This document shows positions 39,320-40,139 of a DNA stretch of 40,139 bases, piece by piece (within the stretch, counting starts at the first letter, position 1; the number at the start of each line of letters is the position of its first letter). The position numbers were made by a program, and so were the translations under genes. The stretch is taken from assembly GCA_946497585.1 (NCBI GenBank), contig CAMMLF010000002.1, positions 1 to 40,139 of the forward strand, written 5' to 3'. This DNA comes from an uncultured Clostridium sp. (lineage in GTDB: Bacteria; Bacillota; Clostridia; TANB77; CAG-508). The notes beneath the pieces are model-generated. The model did not search any database and was not told where the DNA came from. It was given only the letters and a program-made list of their open reading frames with translations.

Positions 39320-40139
39320 TACACCCCTCCCTCTCTTCCTCCAACCGCCCTCGAAACCCTAAACCTGCTTTTTCGACTACTTCTGCGTACTACAAAACTT
39401 ATACTTATTATTATATTTATAATACTATTCTTTACTATTCTATTCTTTATATTATATTTATATTATTTACTTTATTATACTTTATACTTTTATTATGTTA
39501 TTTTATTACATTTCTTATTTTATTTTTCATTTTATTTTTTTATTATATTTTATACCACTTATTATATTGTTTATTTTTATTATATTTTTACTTTATATTA
39601 TTCTATTTCTTATTATTTTATTCTTTATACTATATTTATATTACTTATCTTACTATACTTTATATTCTTATATTCTTTATTTTATATTATCCTTATTATT
39701 TTATTCCTTTTTTATTTTTATTTTTATTATATACTTTTATACTATTATTTTATGTTATATTCTTTATATTACTGTCCTTTATTACTTTATTTTCTTATTA
39801 TATTATTATATTATATTATTATATAACATTATATTATAAATTCTATTTATAATATTATTCCTTATATTCTTATTTTATATTTGTATTTATAATACTTATA
39901 TAAGTAGTAATTATTATTAAAGAAATACTTTATTATATAATTTTCTTTTCTTATTTTATTTATATTATTTATTATAGAATTATATTCTTTTAACTTATTA
40001 TTATAATTCTTATTTTTTTCTATTATATTTTTTATATTATAATAATTACAGTATTCTATATAAGAATTTTCTTTATTGTTTATTATATAAATACTATTAT
40101 ACATTATAATTCTCCTTATATATTATTAGATTATATTAT
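39320..40139 (+). repeat. G-depleted low-complexity tract (C-rich polypyrimidine head, then T/A/C-only degenerate repeats) running off the window
   Basis: 39320-39380 reads CTACACCCCTCCCTCTCTTCCTCCAACCGCCCTCGAAACCCTAAACC. From about 39400 I count only about a dozen G on the plus strand. Recurrent units resemble TATTCTTTATATTA. Confidence 0.85.

Noticed and set aside
39297-39325. Rightward promoter TTGACA (39297-39302) facing the low-complexity tract
   Set aside because: The hexamer 17 bp downstream is TACACC, a poor -10. There is no A/T UP-like tract or class-B box.
39307-39852. 181-aa and 114-aa plus-strand ORFs in the low-complexity tract
   Set aside because: These are pure Y/F/I/L composition artefacts of G-free DNA. 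They overlap each other in different frames and have no SD.
39862-40104. 80-aa N/K/Y/I-rich minus-strand ORF preceded by TAAGGAGAATTATA-ATG
   Set aside because: The SD-like AAGGAG is intriguing, but the protein composition simply mirrors the A-rich strand and the region is degenerate repeat. I kept it as unproven rather than calling a gene. Proteomics or conservation could rescue it.

Overview
Segment of a strongly AT-rich tailed-phage genome, apparently a long-tailed siphovirus. AGGAGG Shine-Dalgarno (SD) sites, TTGACA-17-TATAAT promoters and CCA-encoding tRNAs suggest a low-GC Gram-positive-type host (inference). There are four zones. (i) 1-26.8 kb is one leftward late operon: two zinc-ribbon/DNA-binding proteins, large terminase, portal, scaffold-like protein, major capsid, connector/tail proteins, two paralogous tube-like proteins, a 3257-aa tape measure protein (TMP) and the start of a distal-tail-like protein. 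(ii) 26.8-34.6 kb is a rightward array of about 17 short genes built as near-identical cassettes: A/T-rich UP-like tract, consensus promoter, strong SD, short ORF and hairpin terminator. The cassettes are separated by a recurrent inverted-repeat element (TTATGTAAAC ... SOS-box-like palindrome / GC-rich core ... GTTTACATAAT). Recognisable products are a GH73 glucosaminidase, a HAD 5'-deoxynucleotidase, a DEDDh exonuclease, an HExxH protease, a GIY-YIG-like protein, small membrane proteins and a 3-member paralog family. (iii) 34.6-39.3 kb is an RNA island. It holds a CAGCTGG iteron-like array, a second promoter family with a conserved box after the -10, 13 tRNAs in three operons, tRNA relics and several structured non-coding stretches. 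(iv) 39.3-40.1 kb is a nearly G-free low-complexity T/A tract that runs off the window. I saw no integrase, CRISPR array, sheath gene or suppressor tRNA. All calls come from reading the sequence and the ORF track by eye; no database search was possible.
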